This document shows positions 8,929 to 18,600 of a stretch of 64,000 nucleotides of DNA, piece by piece. This stretch comes from Candidatus Zixiibacteriota bacterium (GTDB lineage Bacteria > Zixibacteria > MSB-5A5 > GN15 > JAAZOE01), in contig JBDREQ010000066.1 in NCBI GenBank assembly GCA_043819555.1, positions 72,695-136,694 of the forward strand. Reading direction: 5' to 3'. Position 1 is the stretch's first letter, and each line of letters starts with the position of its first letter. Below the pieces are notes generated by a model. It made no database searches. It worked only from the letters and a program-made list of their open reading frames with translations, and was not told where the DNA came from. Made by a program: the position numbers and the translations under genes.

Positions 8929-10107
8929 TTATTCGTCTTTCAGTATAATCCGATAATGCGGAAAGACTTCAACCGCCGGCATTGTCAAATTGAAAACCAA
9001 GCTATCAACAGTATTCATGCCTCCGGCGTCGTTAATAAAGTACATAGTCGTCGCCTTGCTGACACCCGATTCGGTATTTTTAACAGTTACCATGCCGTTC
9101 TCAAAAATAAGCTGCTTGGTTGTATCCGGGAAAGTGAAATGTATAGTTGTATCAAAACCTGTCCAATCATAGGTGCGATAAAAATAATTTTTTGCCTTAC
9201 TTATGTTTGGATTGCATTTAATATATACCTGGAAAGTATCTACGGTAATATAAACCAGAGGACCTGTGCTAACAGTATCGATTCTAACAAAGAAATCATT
9301 TATGGTTGTATCGATAACCATAGGATTGGTTGAAACCGTATCTAAGATCGTATCCATCTTCCGCTGGCACAATCCGGCTGAATCTACGGGCAAGTAGAAA
9401 GAGTCAACAATTCCCCAGAAGCCCCAGAGTAAAGTGTCATAGTAAGTCGTGTCGGGATCCAAAGGTAATGGAGCTTGCGGATCCTCGATTACGTGCGCTT
9501 CACCAAACCATTTGCCATAAAATACTTCCTGCTCATAAATCGAATCCGGAGGATTAACAAGGGTATCAAACGGATTGATAATTATATCAATCGAATCAAA
9601 CTTGAATACTGGCGGCCTTGAGGGATCAAAAGTCTTGGATGCGAAAACCCTATTGACAGAGACTACATCCCAAACCGAATCGATGGTCATCGCATAGTCA
9701 ATGCGGAAAGAATCAATCCAAACAAATGTATCCGGCCTTGTGAAGCTGAACTTATACGATTGCTGTGGATTGAAACCGAAAACTACAGATGTTGTATCAA
9801 TGGTCGTATCGATGTCAACAATCGTCGTATCAATTGATGTAATATATGTTCCTGAACCAAGAGTACCGACAAATCCATTGGTATCGGTATACACTGGTCC
9901 AAGCCAGCCGATATCCGGCTCAACGGTCAGGAGAACGGAATCAACTCCAAACATTTGATAATCATTATCGATTTTCAAGTGAAATACCGGATAGGTATTA
10001 TGATGCTTCGGAATTGGATTTACGGTGTTGTCATCATTTGCGAACCAGTTGCATCCTGTTATTGGCAATATTAATATTGCCATCAGGAACGAAATAGCTA
10101 TTCTCAT
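8929..10107 (-). CDS. Uncharacterised lipoprotein, very rich in D-S/T motifs
   Basis: Lipobox ITGC; GGGAGG RBS; 23 DS/DT dipeptides in 392 aa. Confidence 0.75.
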   Translation of the reverse strand: MRIAISFLMAILILPITGCNWFANDDNTVNPIPKHHNTYPVFHLKIDNDYQMFGVDSVLLTVEPDIGWLGPVYTDTNGFVGTLGSGTYITSIDTTIVDIDTTIDTTSVVFGFNPQQSYKFSFTRPDTFVWIDSFRIDYAMTIDSVWDVVSVNRVFASKTFDPSRPPVFKFDSIDIIINPFDTLVNPPDSIYEQEVFYGKWFGEAHVIEDPQAPLPLDPDTTYYDTLLWGFWGIVDSFYLPVDSAGLCQRKMDTILDTVSTNPMVIDTTINDFFVRIDTVSTGPLVYITVDTFQVYIKCNPNISKAKNYFYRTYDWTGFDTTIHFTFPDTTKQLIFENGMVTVKNTESGVSKATTMYFINDAGGMNTVDSLVFNLTMPAVEVFPHYRIILKDE

Positions 10108-10256
10108 TTGTTCCTCCCGAAAGTTTCGAAACGCAAGGCCATAATAATAATACTTTCGGCCCCGCCGGGCAAGAGAAATTATTCCTTTTTTGATAATCAG
10201 ACGTCTTTAAATGCCAGTTTGTGTAATGAACTATAAACGAATTAAACCATACTTTT

Positions 10257-12431
10257 TTACTTTTCCCATCGCCTGCCAAACGATATTAAACCTCCGGCAA
10301 CCAGCAAAATGCTTCCGGCCCAAAGGATATTCATTGCTGGTTTTTTGGAGACTTCCAGAATCAGGCGATCTTCCGGATTTTTATCAGTCAAGCCCTCAAC
10401 CGAAATACGAACCGCCCCCTGATCAGCGTAAATCTGTTCCAGACGAACCTGATGATTTTCAAGACCTTCCATAAGGCGGACATCAATATGTTCCATCGCC
10501 CCGGCAGACTGATAAATTATCGCTGGAGTTATGACTTCCATCTGCCCCAGACTATCGGTTACCTCTATTTCCGCGCCGAATTTCATTTCTCCACCGGCGG
10601 CATGGGCGTCAGTCGCAAATCCCTTAAATACAAATGAATATGAACCAAGAGGCATCGCATGAGACCGACCAAGTATTATGCCATTTTGCACCGACATATC
10701 TTGTATTTGTTCAGGGGCCAAATAAATATCGTATAATAAATGCCGCAAAATATACGGCTTTTTCATTAAGCCTTCAGAACGCTGGGACCAGTAAAGCTTT
10801 GGTCGAGCTTGATAAATTTCACCGCCATCTGATATCTTAAGAAGAATTTCGTTTTGAGGATTTTCAAGATGAGACGTCAGCCCCTGATATTCGATATCAA
10901 GATTAAAAAGCGAACCGGCCTCATTACGATTTATAACTATTTTTTCTCCTGAAGAATAAGCCGAAGATCCCAGAATACCCAGAAGCATCAGGGCAAATCC
11001 AAAATGGCTCAATTGAGCTCCCACCGCCTTAATTTTTCCCCGGATCAATCTTATTAAGGCAATCAGGTTTGATATGGCCGCAATCGAAACGGCAAAAATA
11101 TATAACAGATTAGTTAGTTCTATTACGCCCCACAAGTAACATACCAGGCTGATAATCAGTGCGACTATTATTGAAATGAAAATCCGTTTCAACAAATCCC
11201 TGAAGCTTCCGCTATTCCAAACCATGGCCGGAGCCAATCCGAGGAATAGTCCCATCAAAATAGCCAAAGGAAATGTAATCTTTGTATAAACGGCCGTATC
11301 TACCGCACCGGCCTGGCCAAAGATACCCGTTATCAGCGGCCACGATGTTCCGGAAAGAACGAATAATGCAATTAAAGTCAAAACCCATACAGAGAATAAT
11401 AAAGCAAACTGTTTTGAGGCCATTGACAGATTGACGGTTTGCCCCTTGATCCGATTAAATCTAATTACGAAATAATACAAGGCCAGAAGGATCGAGCCTG
11501 ACATGAAACTAATAAGTAAATTATTAACTCCCAAATCGACAAAACTATGGACTGAGAAATCAGCCAGCACTCCGGAGCGGGTCAGGAAGGTGCCGTACAC
11601 CACTAATAGAAAAATCAGTATGGACATAAACAGGTTTGTTTTGGGTAGTGAGCCGACTTTCTTCTCAATTATCAATCCGTGCAATAATGCCAGCGATATC
11701 ATCCACGGAATAAAAGAGGAGTTTTCGACCGGATCCCAGGCCCAGTAACCGCCCCATCCCAGTGTCTTATAAGCCCAGAAGCCGCCCATGATATTTCCGG
11801 CGGCCAGGGTTACGGCAACAATCGTAACCGGGACGAAAACAATCGTCAGCCAGTTTTTATATTCATTTTTAATCAGGGCCGCCAGCGCGATCGCATACGG
11901 AATAGCCGCGGCCGCGTATCCGATAAATATCACTGGCGGATGAATGACCATCCAGGGATCAATCAACAAAGGATTTAATCCGGCTCCTTCCGCCTGCGGC
12001 ACCGCCAGCTTTTCAAAGGGCGATAAAACCAAAAGCATAATGCAGAAAAAGAAATTTATCAGTCCGTAAACAAACATCGCATGATTGGTGTATTCACGAC
12101 CTCGATAAATCAGGTAAAAACCAAAAAAGGCAAGAAGCGCCAGCCATAATAAATAAGTTCCCTGCTGACCGGCCCAGAAAGCGGAAATGAGGTAGAATAA
12201 CGGCAAATCCGATGATGAATAATCAAATACATATTTGTACGAATAATCACCGGATATAAAATAATAAAACAAAAGAGCGCACGCCATAACCACCAGAACG
12301 GTAAAATACTTATAACTCAAACGGCCCAGCTCGGCGAATTTCGACTTTCCTCGCAACGCCATAAAATAACTGAAAGTGCAAATCAAACTTGCGGCTGTGG
12401 TCAGTACTATAAGAAGATTGCCCAAATTCAC
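10257..12431 (-). CDS. ccmF: Cytochrome c maturation heme lyase CcmF
   Basis: Motifs WAGQQGT, GLNPLL, HPP, WAYKTLGWGGYWAWDPVENSS, GTFLTRSG, SVHSF. Confidence 0.95.
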   Translation of the reverse strand: MNLGNLLIVLTTAASLICTFSYFMALRGKSKFAELGRLSYKYFTVLVVMACALLFYYFISGDYSYKYVFDYSSSDLPLFYLISAFWAGQQGTYLLWLALLAFFGFYLIYRGREYTNHAMFVYGLINFFFCIMLLVLSPFEKLAVPQAEGAGLNPLLIDPWMVIHPPVIFIGYAAAAIPYAIALAALIKNEYKNWLTIVFVPVTIVAVTLAAGNIMGGFWAYKTLGWGGYWAWDPVENSSFIPWMISLALLHGLIIEKKVGSLPKTNLFMSILIFLLVVYGTFLTRSGVLADFSVHSFVDLGVNNLLISFMSGSILLALYYFVIRFNRIKGQTVNLSMASKQFALLFSVWVLTLIALFVLSGTSWPLITGIFGQAGAVDTAVYTKITFPLAILMGLFLGLAPAMVWNSGSFRDLLKRIFISIIVALIISLVCYLWGVIELTNLLYIFAVSIAAISNLIALIRLIRGKIKAVGAQLSHFGFALMLLGILGSSAYSSGEKIVINRNEAGSLFNLDIEYQGLTSHLENPQNEILLKISDGGEIYQARPKLYWSQRSEGLMKKPYILRHLLYDIYLAPEQIQDMSVQNGIILGRSHAMPLGSYSFVFKGFATDAHAAGGEMKFGAEIEVTDSLGQMEVITPAIIYQSAGAMEHIDVRLMEGLENHQVRLEQIYADQGAVRISVEGLTDKNPEDRLILEVSKKPAMNILWAGSILLVAGGLISFGRRWEK

Positions 12432-12435
12432 GTTT

Positions 12436-12822
12436 TTAAGCCTCTTGATCCAGCCCTTGATATTTCGAAGGGCATTTTACGAGTAATTGATCTGCCATAA
12501 AAACACCATTTTCATAACGTCCTTTGGCAACCACTGATGTCGCCTGTTCAAAATTACCGGGAACAACGCCGCCGTATATAATCCTGAGACGAAAATTAGA
12601 TTCAGGATTCTCAAGATCAGTTATTACAAATTCCAGGCGCGATTCCTCAGCGTTATAATTGACCGCGCTAAAATCAATTTTGCCCATCACCTGAACTGTT
12701 CCCTGGGCTGACGCAACTTCTTTCAGTGGAATGTACCTAACCGTCGTTTCAACAAAGGAATATAATCCCCAGGTGACAAAAACAGCAATTATCAACAAAC
12801 CGGCTATATATTTAATTTTCAA
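12436..12822 (-). CDS. ccmE: Heme chaperone CcmE, Cys-type (CxxxY)
   Basis: N-terminal TM helix, Y.G.VP..F, VVAKG, LLVKCPSKY; position in the ccm operon. Confidence 0.9.
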   Translation of the reverse strand: MKIKYIAGLLIIAVFVTWGLYSFVETTVRYIPLKEVASAQGTVQVMGKIDFSAVNYNAEESRLEFVITDLENPESNFRLRIIYGGVVPGNFEQATSVVAKGRYENGVFMADQLLVKCPSKYQGLDQEA

Positions 12823-12824
12823 TG

Positions 12825-12929
12825 TTAATCCTCGAGCTTTTTTACTTTTCTATTCAGCATCATTAAATAAATAAACAGCGCCACCCAAATAAGAAGAGTG
12901 ACAGCCATAACTGTGTAATTAGAAGTCAT
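12825..12929 (-). CDS. ccmD: CcmD small membrane protein (34 aa)
   Basis: Manually translated MTSNYTVMAVTLLIWVALFIYLMMLNRKVKKLED; ATGA overlap with the ccmC stop; TM helix plus basic tail, between ccmC and ccmE. Confidence 0.82.
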   Translation of the reverse strand: MTSNYTVMAVTLLIWVALFIYLMMLNRKVKKLED

Positions 12930-13591
12930 TTCATTAACTCCTCGTAAACTTTGCGTTCTTTAACAAATACCTTAAACGTTAATTTATACATCCAGACGAA
13001 CACCATTGTAAACGCTATTAGAGCCGGGAAAAAGACCATTGCGGTCGTTCCCGACATTGTGATATTTCCCGATTCATTAACAATCGAATCCGAAGGATGC
13101 AGCGAGGGCATCACCCGTGGAATGACAAACACCAAAAAAGGGACCGCCAAAAATGCGAAAATGGCATACACCGCGGCCAGTCGTCCTCTTTTTTCAGAAT
13201 CATCAATGGCGGATCGCAGCGCAAAATAAGCCCCGTAAATAAGAAGTAGTATAAAAATTGAGGTTTCCCTCGGATCCCAATTCCAAAACGATTGCCAGGT
13301 TACTTTCGCGAAAACGGAACCGGTGATAGTCGCCAGCAGGCAGAACAAAAGTCCCAAACCGGCCGCCGCGCGCGAACGATCGTCCTCTCTAATATCACCA
13401 TTCTTGAGATACCTGATTGATGTAATCATTGACATCAAAAAAGCCAATACAGCTACCCAGGCCTGAGGCACATGAAAATAGAATATACGACTGGCATCTC
13501 CGATTGACTGCTGAGGCGCCGGAAACACAAAAGCCGCGATAATCACCCATGTCATAAGAACAAATATCGTGATTTTAAACCAACAGGACAT
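12926..13591 (-). CDS. ccmC: Heme delivery protein CcmC
   Basis: RIFYFHVP, WWD-type motif TWQSFWNWDPRET, SLHP. Confidence 0.95.
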   Translation of the reverse strand: MSCWFKITIFVLMTWVIIAAFVFPAPQQSIGDASRIFYFHVPQAWVAVLAFLMSMITSIRYLKNGDIREDDRSRAAAGLGLLFCLLATITGSVFAKVTWQSFWNWDPRETSIFILLLIYGAYFALRSAIDDSEKRGRLAAVYAIFAFLAVPFLVFVIPRVMPSLHPSDSIVNESGNITMSGTTAMVFFPALIAFTMVFVWMYKLTFKVFVKERKVYEELMK

Positions 13592-13673
13592 ATTTTATCC
13601 TCAATCTATAACCGGCAAATATATACAAATATCGAATTAAAACAAACGATTTCGCAATTAGTTCCACATAGTT

Positions 13674-14336
13674 TTAATCGTTCCATACAAATTCAAACAG
13701 CAAGAGGCTGGCGGTAATCATTACCACCGAGTATGCGATCAAAAGTTGAATTTCCGACGAGGCCGCTGAAAAGCCCGCCCCGGCGGTTAGAGCCTTCTTG
13801 GTTCCCTCAATGGCGCCAATCAATAGCGGAAGAAGAATTGGAAATGATAATACGGCAAATAAAGCCCCCTTTACTCCAGCCTTGGCTATCAAAGCCGCTA
13901 TTAGCGTCGTTGTCCCCACCAATGCAACCCCGCCAAGAAACAAAACTACCATAAATAGCTCAAGATTTTGAACATTGACGTCCGTCATGATGATAAACAT
14001 CGGCGTAATAATTATTTCCAGAATCGTCAATAGGATGAAGTTGAAAATCAATTTCCCCATATAGACCGCCGTTGGCTCGGCGGTCAATTTTAATATGGTT
14101 GATGTTTTGGCCTCTTCTTCACGAATAAATACCTGAGCCAGGCCCGACATCGCCGAAAAGAAAATAATTATCCAGAATAACGAAGCATATACAGCCGAAT
14201 CAAGATTCATTTGCCCTACTGAAAAGGAAACAACCGTCAAAGTGGTAATGCCAAAAAGTAAAATTGCGTTTAAGGCATAACGGGTTCTAAATTCGCAATT
14301 GATATCCTTGCGAAGAATCGCGATCGATTTAGCCAT
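13674..14336 (-). CDS. ccmB: Heme exporter permease CcmB
   Basis: KDINCEFRT, FIREEE, LSFPILLPLL; six TM segments; ATG at 14336 overlaps the end of ccmA. Confidence 0.9.
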   Translation of the reverse strand: MAKSIAILRKDINCEFRTRYALNAILLFGITTLTVVSFSVGQMNLDSAVYASLFWIIIFFSAMSGLAQVFIREEEAKTSTILKLTAEPTAVYMGKLIFNFILLTILEIIITPMFIIMTDVNVQNLELFMVVLFLGGVALVGTTTLIAALIAKAGVKGALFAVLSFPILLPLLIGAIEGTKKALTAGAGFSAASSEIQLLIAYSVVMITASLLLFEFVWND

Positions 14337-14952
14337 TAAGCTGGTAGAGTTTTTCGGCAAGCCCATACTCCTCTTTTTCATTGGTCGCGATTATCAATAT
14401 TCCGTTATCTTTTTGCTTCCTGATAATTTCCGTAACCAGCCTTTTGCCTTCATCATCAAGATTGGATGTCGGCTCATCCAGTAACAAAAAAGCCGGCTTA
14501 TTTAATAACGCTACGGCATATTTAAGTCTCTGCTTCATTCCCGACGAATAAGCGGCGTATTTATCTTTACCTCTCCCTTCCAATCCAAACTCTCGAAGAG
14601 TCGTTTCTATTTCTTCTGATGTGAGAGAATCGCCTCTCATGATCGCAAAAAATTCAAGATTCTCTTCCGCTGTTAATGGATCATATAGCGTCATTTCGGG
14701 ACCGACATAAGATAGTTTTTGACGGACTGATAAACTGTCCAGCTTCCCATTTGAATCAAAGTAACTGACTTCTCCACTGGTCGGAGAAGCCAGTCCGGCT
14801 AGAAGGCGCAATAGAGTCGTTTTCCCCGAACCATTGCGGCCGGTTATGGCCAGAGATTGTCCGCTTTGAAGCTCGAATGATACTTCTCTGAGAACCTTCC
14901 GAAACCCGAAGTTCTTGAATAATTTTTTTACTTCCAATTTGTACATTTTCAC
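14329..14952 (-). CDS. ccmA: Heme ABC exporter ATPase CcmA
   Basis: Walker A GRNGSGKTT, signature YSSGMKQR, Walker B LLLDEP; first gene of the ccm cluster. Confidence 0.9.
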   Translation of the reverse strand: MKMYKLEVKKLFKNFGFRKVLREVSFELQSGQSLAITGRNGSGKTTLLRLLAGLASPTSGEVSYFDSNGKLDSLSVRQKLSYVGPEMTLYDPLTAEENLEFFAIMRGDSLTSEEIETTLREFGLEGRGKDKYAAYSSGMKQRLKYAVALLNKPAFLLLDEPTSNLDDEGKRLVTEIIRKQKDNGILIIATNEKEEYGLAEKLYQLNG

Positions 14953-15037
14953 TCATTCAAATTAAATCATTCAAGGATAATCAATTATCATTGTCTTAAT
15001 CAAGGAAAATAATTAATCCCCGCCAATCGTAAATATA

Positions 15038-17395
15038 TTGAAAATCCGAGATTGGTTCTTGACAAATTGTATTTTTCGGCAAAATTACAGATATATAAAA
15101 ATCGGAGTCAATTTGAAATCGATATTAAACATTGGCATAGTCTGTCTTTTTTCGTTTTGTCTGCCAATCTTGACAGAGGTTGTCCAATCAGATGTAATTC
15201 TGGTGCCGAGCAAGCAAATCACAATTCAAAGAGGCATCTATGCCGCGTCAGTAGGCGATACTGTTTTAGTGGCGCCCGGTTCTTACTCCGGTCCGGGCAA
15301 TTCCCGTATAGATTTTCTTGGAAAATCAATCCTGCTAACCTCGGAAGGCGGCTCAGAATTGACAACTATACTTGCCTCAGGAGAATCCCGCTCAGTTATA
15401 TTTGAAAGCGGGGAAGATTCTCTGTCTATATTGGATGGATTTACAATTTTGGGTGGTTATGAAGGCAACTTCGATTGGTCACAGCCATTTCGAGGCGGGA
15501 TTTATTGCGTCGATGCCTCCCCTATAATTCGGAACTGTGTCATCCGCGATTGTTATGCCCTGGAAGGAGGTGGGTTGTTTTTATCAGGCGGCAGGCCCCG
15601 AATTGAGAACTGTCTTATAGAAAAAAATAGATCGTCTCATCGTGGTGGGGCAATCATGACATTGTGCGATCAATTGATAATCACCAATACGACTATAGCG
15701 AATAATTGGGTTAAAACAACTGAACAGGGATGGCTGGCATCGGGAGGAGGAATAAAAAACCTTGGGAATTTATTTCTAAAAAATTGCAATATTACAGGCA
15801 ACAGGGTTTCACACATTTCCAGTCTCCCCGCTCAGGATGATTTCGCGCTTGCGCTGGGCGGCGGAATCTATAGCCTATTGGGACGCATCGAAATTGATAG
15901 CTGTATTATCGCCCGTAATTCGGCTGGCACGGGAGCGGCGCTGGTTTGCGGTCTGGCTGAAGCCTCAATATCATTTACCAAAATATTCAATAACACTTCT
16001 TCTGTTTATGCCGGAATTGTTTTTATAAGCGGCTTCCAAAACCCTCTTGAAGTACGAAATTCTACTTTTGCCTGCAATTATTCCGCTCGTGATCTCTGTG
16101 ACGGAGTGGCGATACTCGGTTCTCCTTCATTTATACGAGGTGATATAGCAGATGAGGAAAACTTCGAACTGGGATATCATTCGGCTGGCGGAATCGTAAA
16201 AAATAATCTTTTTGCCTTCAATTCATCAACGCCCATTTATAGCGATGATGCCGGTTACCCTCTTGATATTTCATTCAATAATATCTGGCATACGGTTTCC
16301 GGTTCCAATTATGGAGGCGTCATTAATAACTTGACCGGCATTGATGGAAACATCTCGTTCGATCCTCTTTTCTGTTCGGTTTCCGATAGCGGTCTTGATA
16401 TTGACGTCTCTTCCCCTTGCGTCGACGGCGGAGAATCAGGAGAAATTATTGGAACCGGTGAGGTTAATTGTGATTTGTACGTTGAGAGACCCCATAAAAC
16501 AACAGTCAGGTTAAATGAGATTACCCCCGCCGGAAATCAGGCAGTTTTGGATAATGTCCTCAATCAACTCCGGCCCTGGGATACTCTTCATATCACATCC
16601 GATAATTCAACCGCGTTAATTGAGCATTTGTCTATTGATTTTCCTCTATATATTTATGGCGGCGGCAAATATCGCGACAGTTCATTTGTCATCACCAAAG
16701 ATTATTCATTGCAGAATCGCCCGACTGTTACAATTACCGATTTTTCGGTTATGAGTGATTTATGGTTAAGCGGTTATCACGGCGATGGATTATTGCTGGG
16801 CTTTAACGCTATTAGTTTTTCAAACTCTCCCGCTATAATAGACTCATCATACCTGACCGCGTTTGAATCTGATGCCGCGCTGGCAATATTCGATGCGTCC
16901 CCTCTAATTAGAAATTGTGAAATCACCAATGGCCAATCTGCTTTCGGCAACGGAGATATAGTCGCATCACAAAATTTCTGGAATTGTCTTGACTTAATTT
17001 GTATTGATAGCATTTTGAAATACGACAGCCTGTTTTACTCCGGCACGATCTTTGTCGAACCATTTTTAACGCAAAGCCCAATTTCAGTTGAAGATTTAGT
17101 AGTTAATAATTTGCCGAATAAAATAATCCTCTCACAAAATTATCCCAATCCATTCAATGCTTCAACCATTATAGAATTTACTCTCCCCCGGGCCGGGCAT
17201 GTGGAATTATCCATTTATGATATTCTCGGCCGCCGCATAGCATCTCTAATTGATAAACACCTGCCCGCCGGGTCACATCAGGCTCATTGGAACGGCCAGG
17301 ATGATTCCGGCAAAGACTGCCCCTCCGGAATATATTTCTATGGCCTTAAATTAAACCATCAAACAGAAATCAAGAAATTGGTACTATTGAAATAA
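15038..17395 (+). CDS. Secreted right-handed beta-helix repeat protein with T9SS/FlgD-type C-terminal domain (true start probably a later TTG)
   Basis: TIQRGI...GDTVLVAPGSY, repeated GGGI/GGAI with NCxI, GNISFDPLFC, SPCVD; tail QNYPNPFN...WNGQDDSG...SGIYFY...KKLVLLK. Confidence 0.78.
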   Translation: MKIRDWFLTNCIFRQNYRYIKIGVNLKSILNIGIVCLFSFCLPILTEVVQSDVILVPSKQITIQRGIYAASVGDTVLVAPGSYSGPGNSRIDFLGKSILLTSEGGSELTTILASGESRSVIFESGEDSLSILDGFTILGGYEGNFDWSQPFRGGIYCVDASPIIRNCVIRDCYALEGGGLFLSGGRPRIENCLIEKNRSSHRGGAIMTLCDQLIITNTTIANNWVKTTEQGWLASGGGIKNLGNLFLKNCNITGNRVSHISSLPAQDDFALALGGGIYSLLGRIEIDSCIIARNSAGTGAALVCGLAEASISFTKIFNNTSSVYAGIVFISGFQNPLEVRNSTFACNYSARDLCDGVAILGSPSFIRGDIADEENFELGYHSAGGIVKNNLFAFNSSTPIYSDDAGYPLDISFNNIWHTVSGSNYGGVINNLTGIDGNISFDPLFCSVSDSGLDIDVSSPCVDGGESGEIIGTGEVNCDLYVERPHKTTVRLNEITPAGNQAVLDNVLNQLRPWDTLHITSDNSTALIEHLSIDFPLYIYGGGKYRDSSFVITKDYSLQNRPTVTITDFSVMSDLWLSGYHGDGLLLGFNAISFSNSPAIIDSSYLTAFESDAALAIFDASPLIRNCEITNGQSAFGNGDIVASQNFWNCLDLICIDSILKYDSLFYSGTIFVEPFLTQSPISVEDLVVNNLPNKIILSQNYPNPFNASTIIEFTLPRAGHVELSIYDILGRRIASLIDKHLPAGSHQAHWNGQDDSGKDCPSGIYFYGLKLNHQTEIKKLVLLK

Positions 17396-17430
17396 AAAAA
17401 GCCCCTTCTCAGTTTGAGAAAGGGCCTTTT
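17394..17430. terminator. Bidirectional intrinsic terminator
   Basis: A7, hairpin GCCCCTTCTCA/TGAGAAAGGGC, then T-tract, between convergent genes. Confidence 0.75.
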
Positions 17431-17448
17431 CATTAGTGTGAATATTCT

Positions 17449-18546
17449 TTAATGTGATTTTGCCAGAGGTGGCTGTTCAATTGAAGGGACACCTTCGGGA
17501 TCGCCGGTCTCCATGTAGTTGATCGCCGATCGCAGCAGTCCCACCGCATAGCGGGTATTGTGAATGCCGCGAGATTTATCTTCATGGACAAATCCCCAGT
17601 TAAACACCGCCCCGACTGAATCGGCATCCGGAACCAAAAGACCATCCGTTGGCTCCCAGGCATCATCTTCGGCAATGTACTCAAGCAGTCCAGCGTCAAT
17701 TAACAAACCTTTCAGTTCCTCTGTCAGATCTTCGATCTCGGTCTGGATACCCTCGGTGAAATCACCATCACCGTCGAAATCCATTGTCGCCATCCCACGA
17801 TCGAAATCATCGATTTCCAGATCGTTGATGTGACAGCCATCAACGTTACAGGCACCGGTGTTTTCCGCTTCTTCAGTTTCCATCCAGAAAGTGTGACCAC
17901 CCATTACATAATCGACGCTTACATCGTAATGGCACTTCATGCAGCCTTGGGTCACGCCACTGGAATGCCAGGAGTTCTCATAGTCGTATCCGGCGTACTC
18001 GTAGGCATTCTCGCCAATCAGCATGTCGGACTGGTTGCTATAATGCGGTCCAAAGTGACTGCTAAGCTTGACACTGTCAGCGACGTACGTTTCTATGTTT
18101 CGGCGCCCTTTATGGCACTGGACGCAGAGATTTGAAATGCCCCGATTATAGATGGCGCCGTTACCCAATTTCACCGTAGCGGTTGTCCTGAGTTCAAAAT
18201 CACCATTCTCGTGCGGATCATGGCAGGCAAAGCAACCGACCGCATTAAAATCGCCACTGGTGATGTCCTCACCGGTAACCTTCTCGATAAATCCTTCGGT
18301 AGTGTGACAGGCAGCACACGATCCGCTGCTCCTCATGGCTTCACCCGAAGCGTGCTTTGAATTATCATATTGACGCATTGCCAGTTTGACCGTGGTTCCC
18401 AGATCAATACCGTAGTCGTGGCAATCGAAACAATTACTGGAGGCGTTATCAGCCAGCTCAACCGTACCGACGATTTCTCGTTCGCAGGAGACAAAGACCA
18501 TCACTGCCATAATAATGATCGATGCCAAAATTGCCTTGTTCTTCAT
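17449..18546 (-). CDS. Multiheme cytochrome c lipoprotein (5 CxxCH + 1 CxxxxCH)
   Basis: AAGGAGG RBS before ATG at 18546; lipobox VFVSC; CFDCH, CAACH, CFACH, CVQCH, CMKCH, CNVDGCH; C-terminal EDKSRGIHN. Confidence 0.88.
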   Translation of the reverse strand: MKNKAILASIIIMAVMVFVSCEREIVGTVELADNASSNCFDCHDYGIDLGTTVKLAMRQYDNSKHASGEAMRSSGSCAACHTTEGFIEKVTGEDITSGDFNAVGCFACHDPHENGDFELRTTATVKLGNGAIYNRGISNLCVQCHKGRRNIETYVADSVKLSSHFGPHYSNQSDMLIGENAYEYAGYDYENSWHSSGVTQGCMKCHYDVSVDYVMGGHTFWMETEEAENTGACNVDGCHINDLEIDDFDRGMATMDFDGDGDFTEGIQTEIEDLTEELKGLLIDAGLLEYIAEDDAWEPTDGLLVPDADSVGAVFNWGFVHEDKSRGIHNTRYAVGLLRSAINYMETGDPEGVPSIEQPPLAKSH

Positions 18547-18600
18547 TTTTCCCTCCTTATGGAGTTTTATTTTTGTCATTAACATTTTATTCAATTACTT

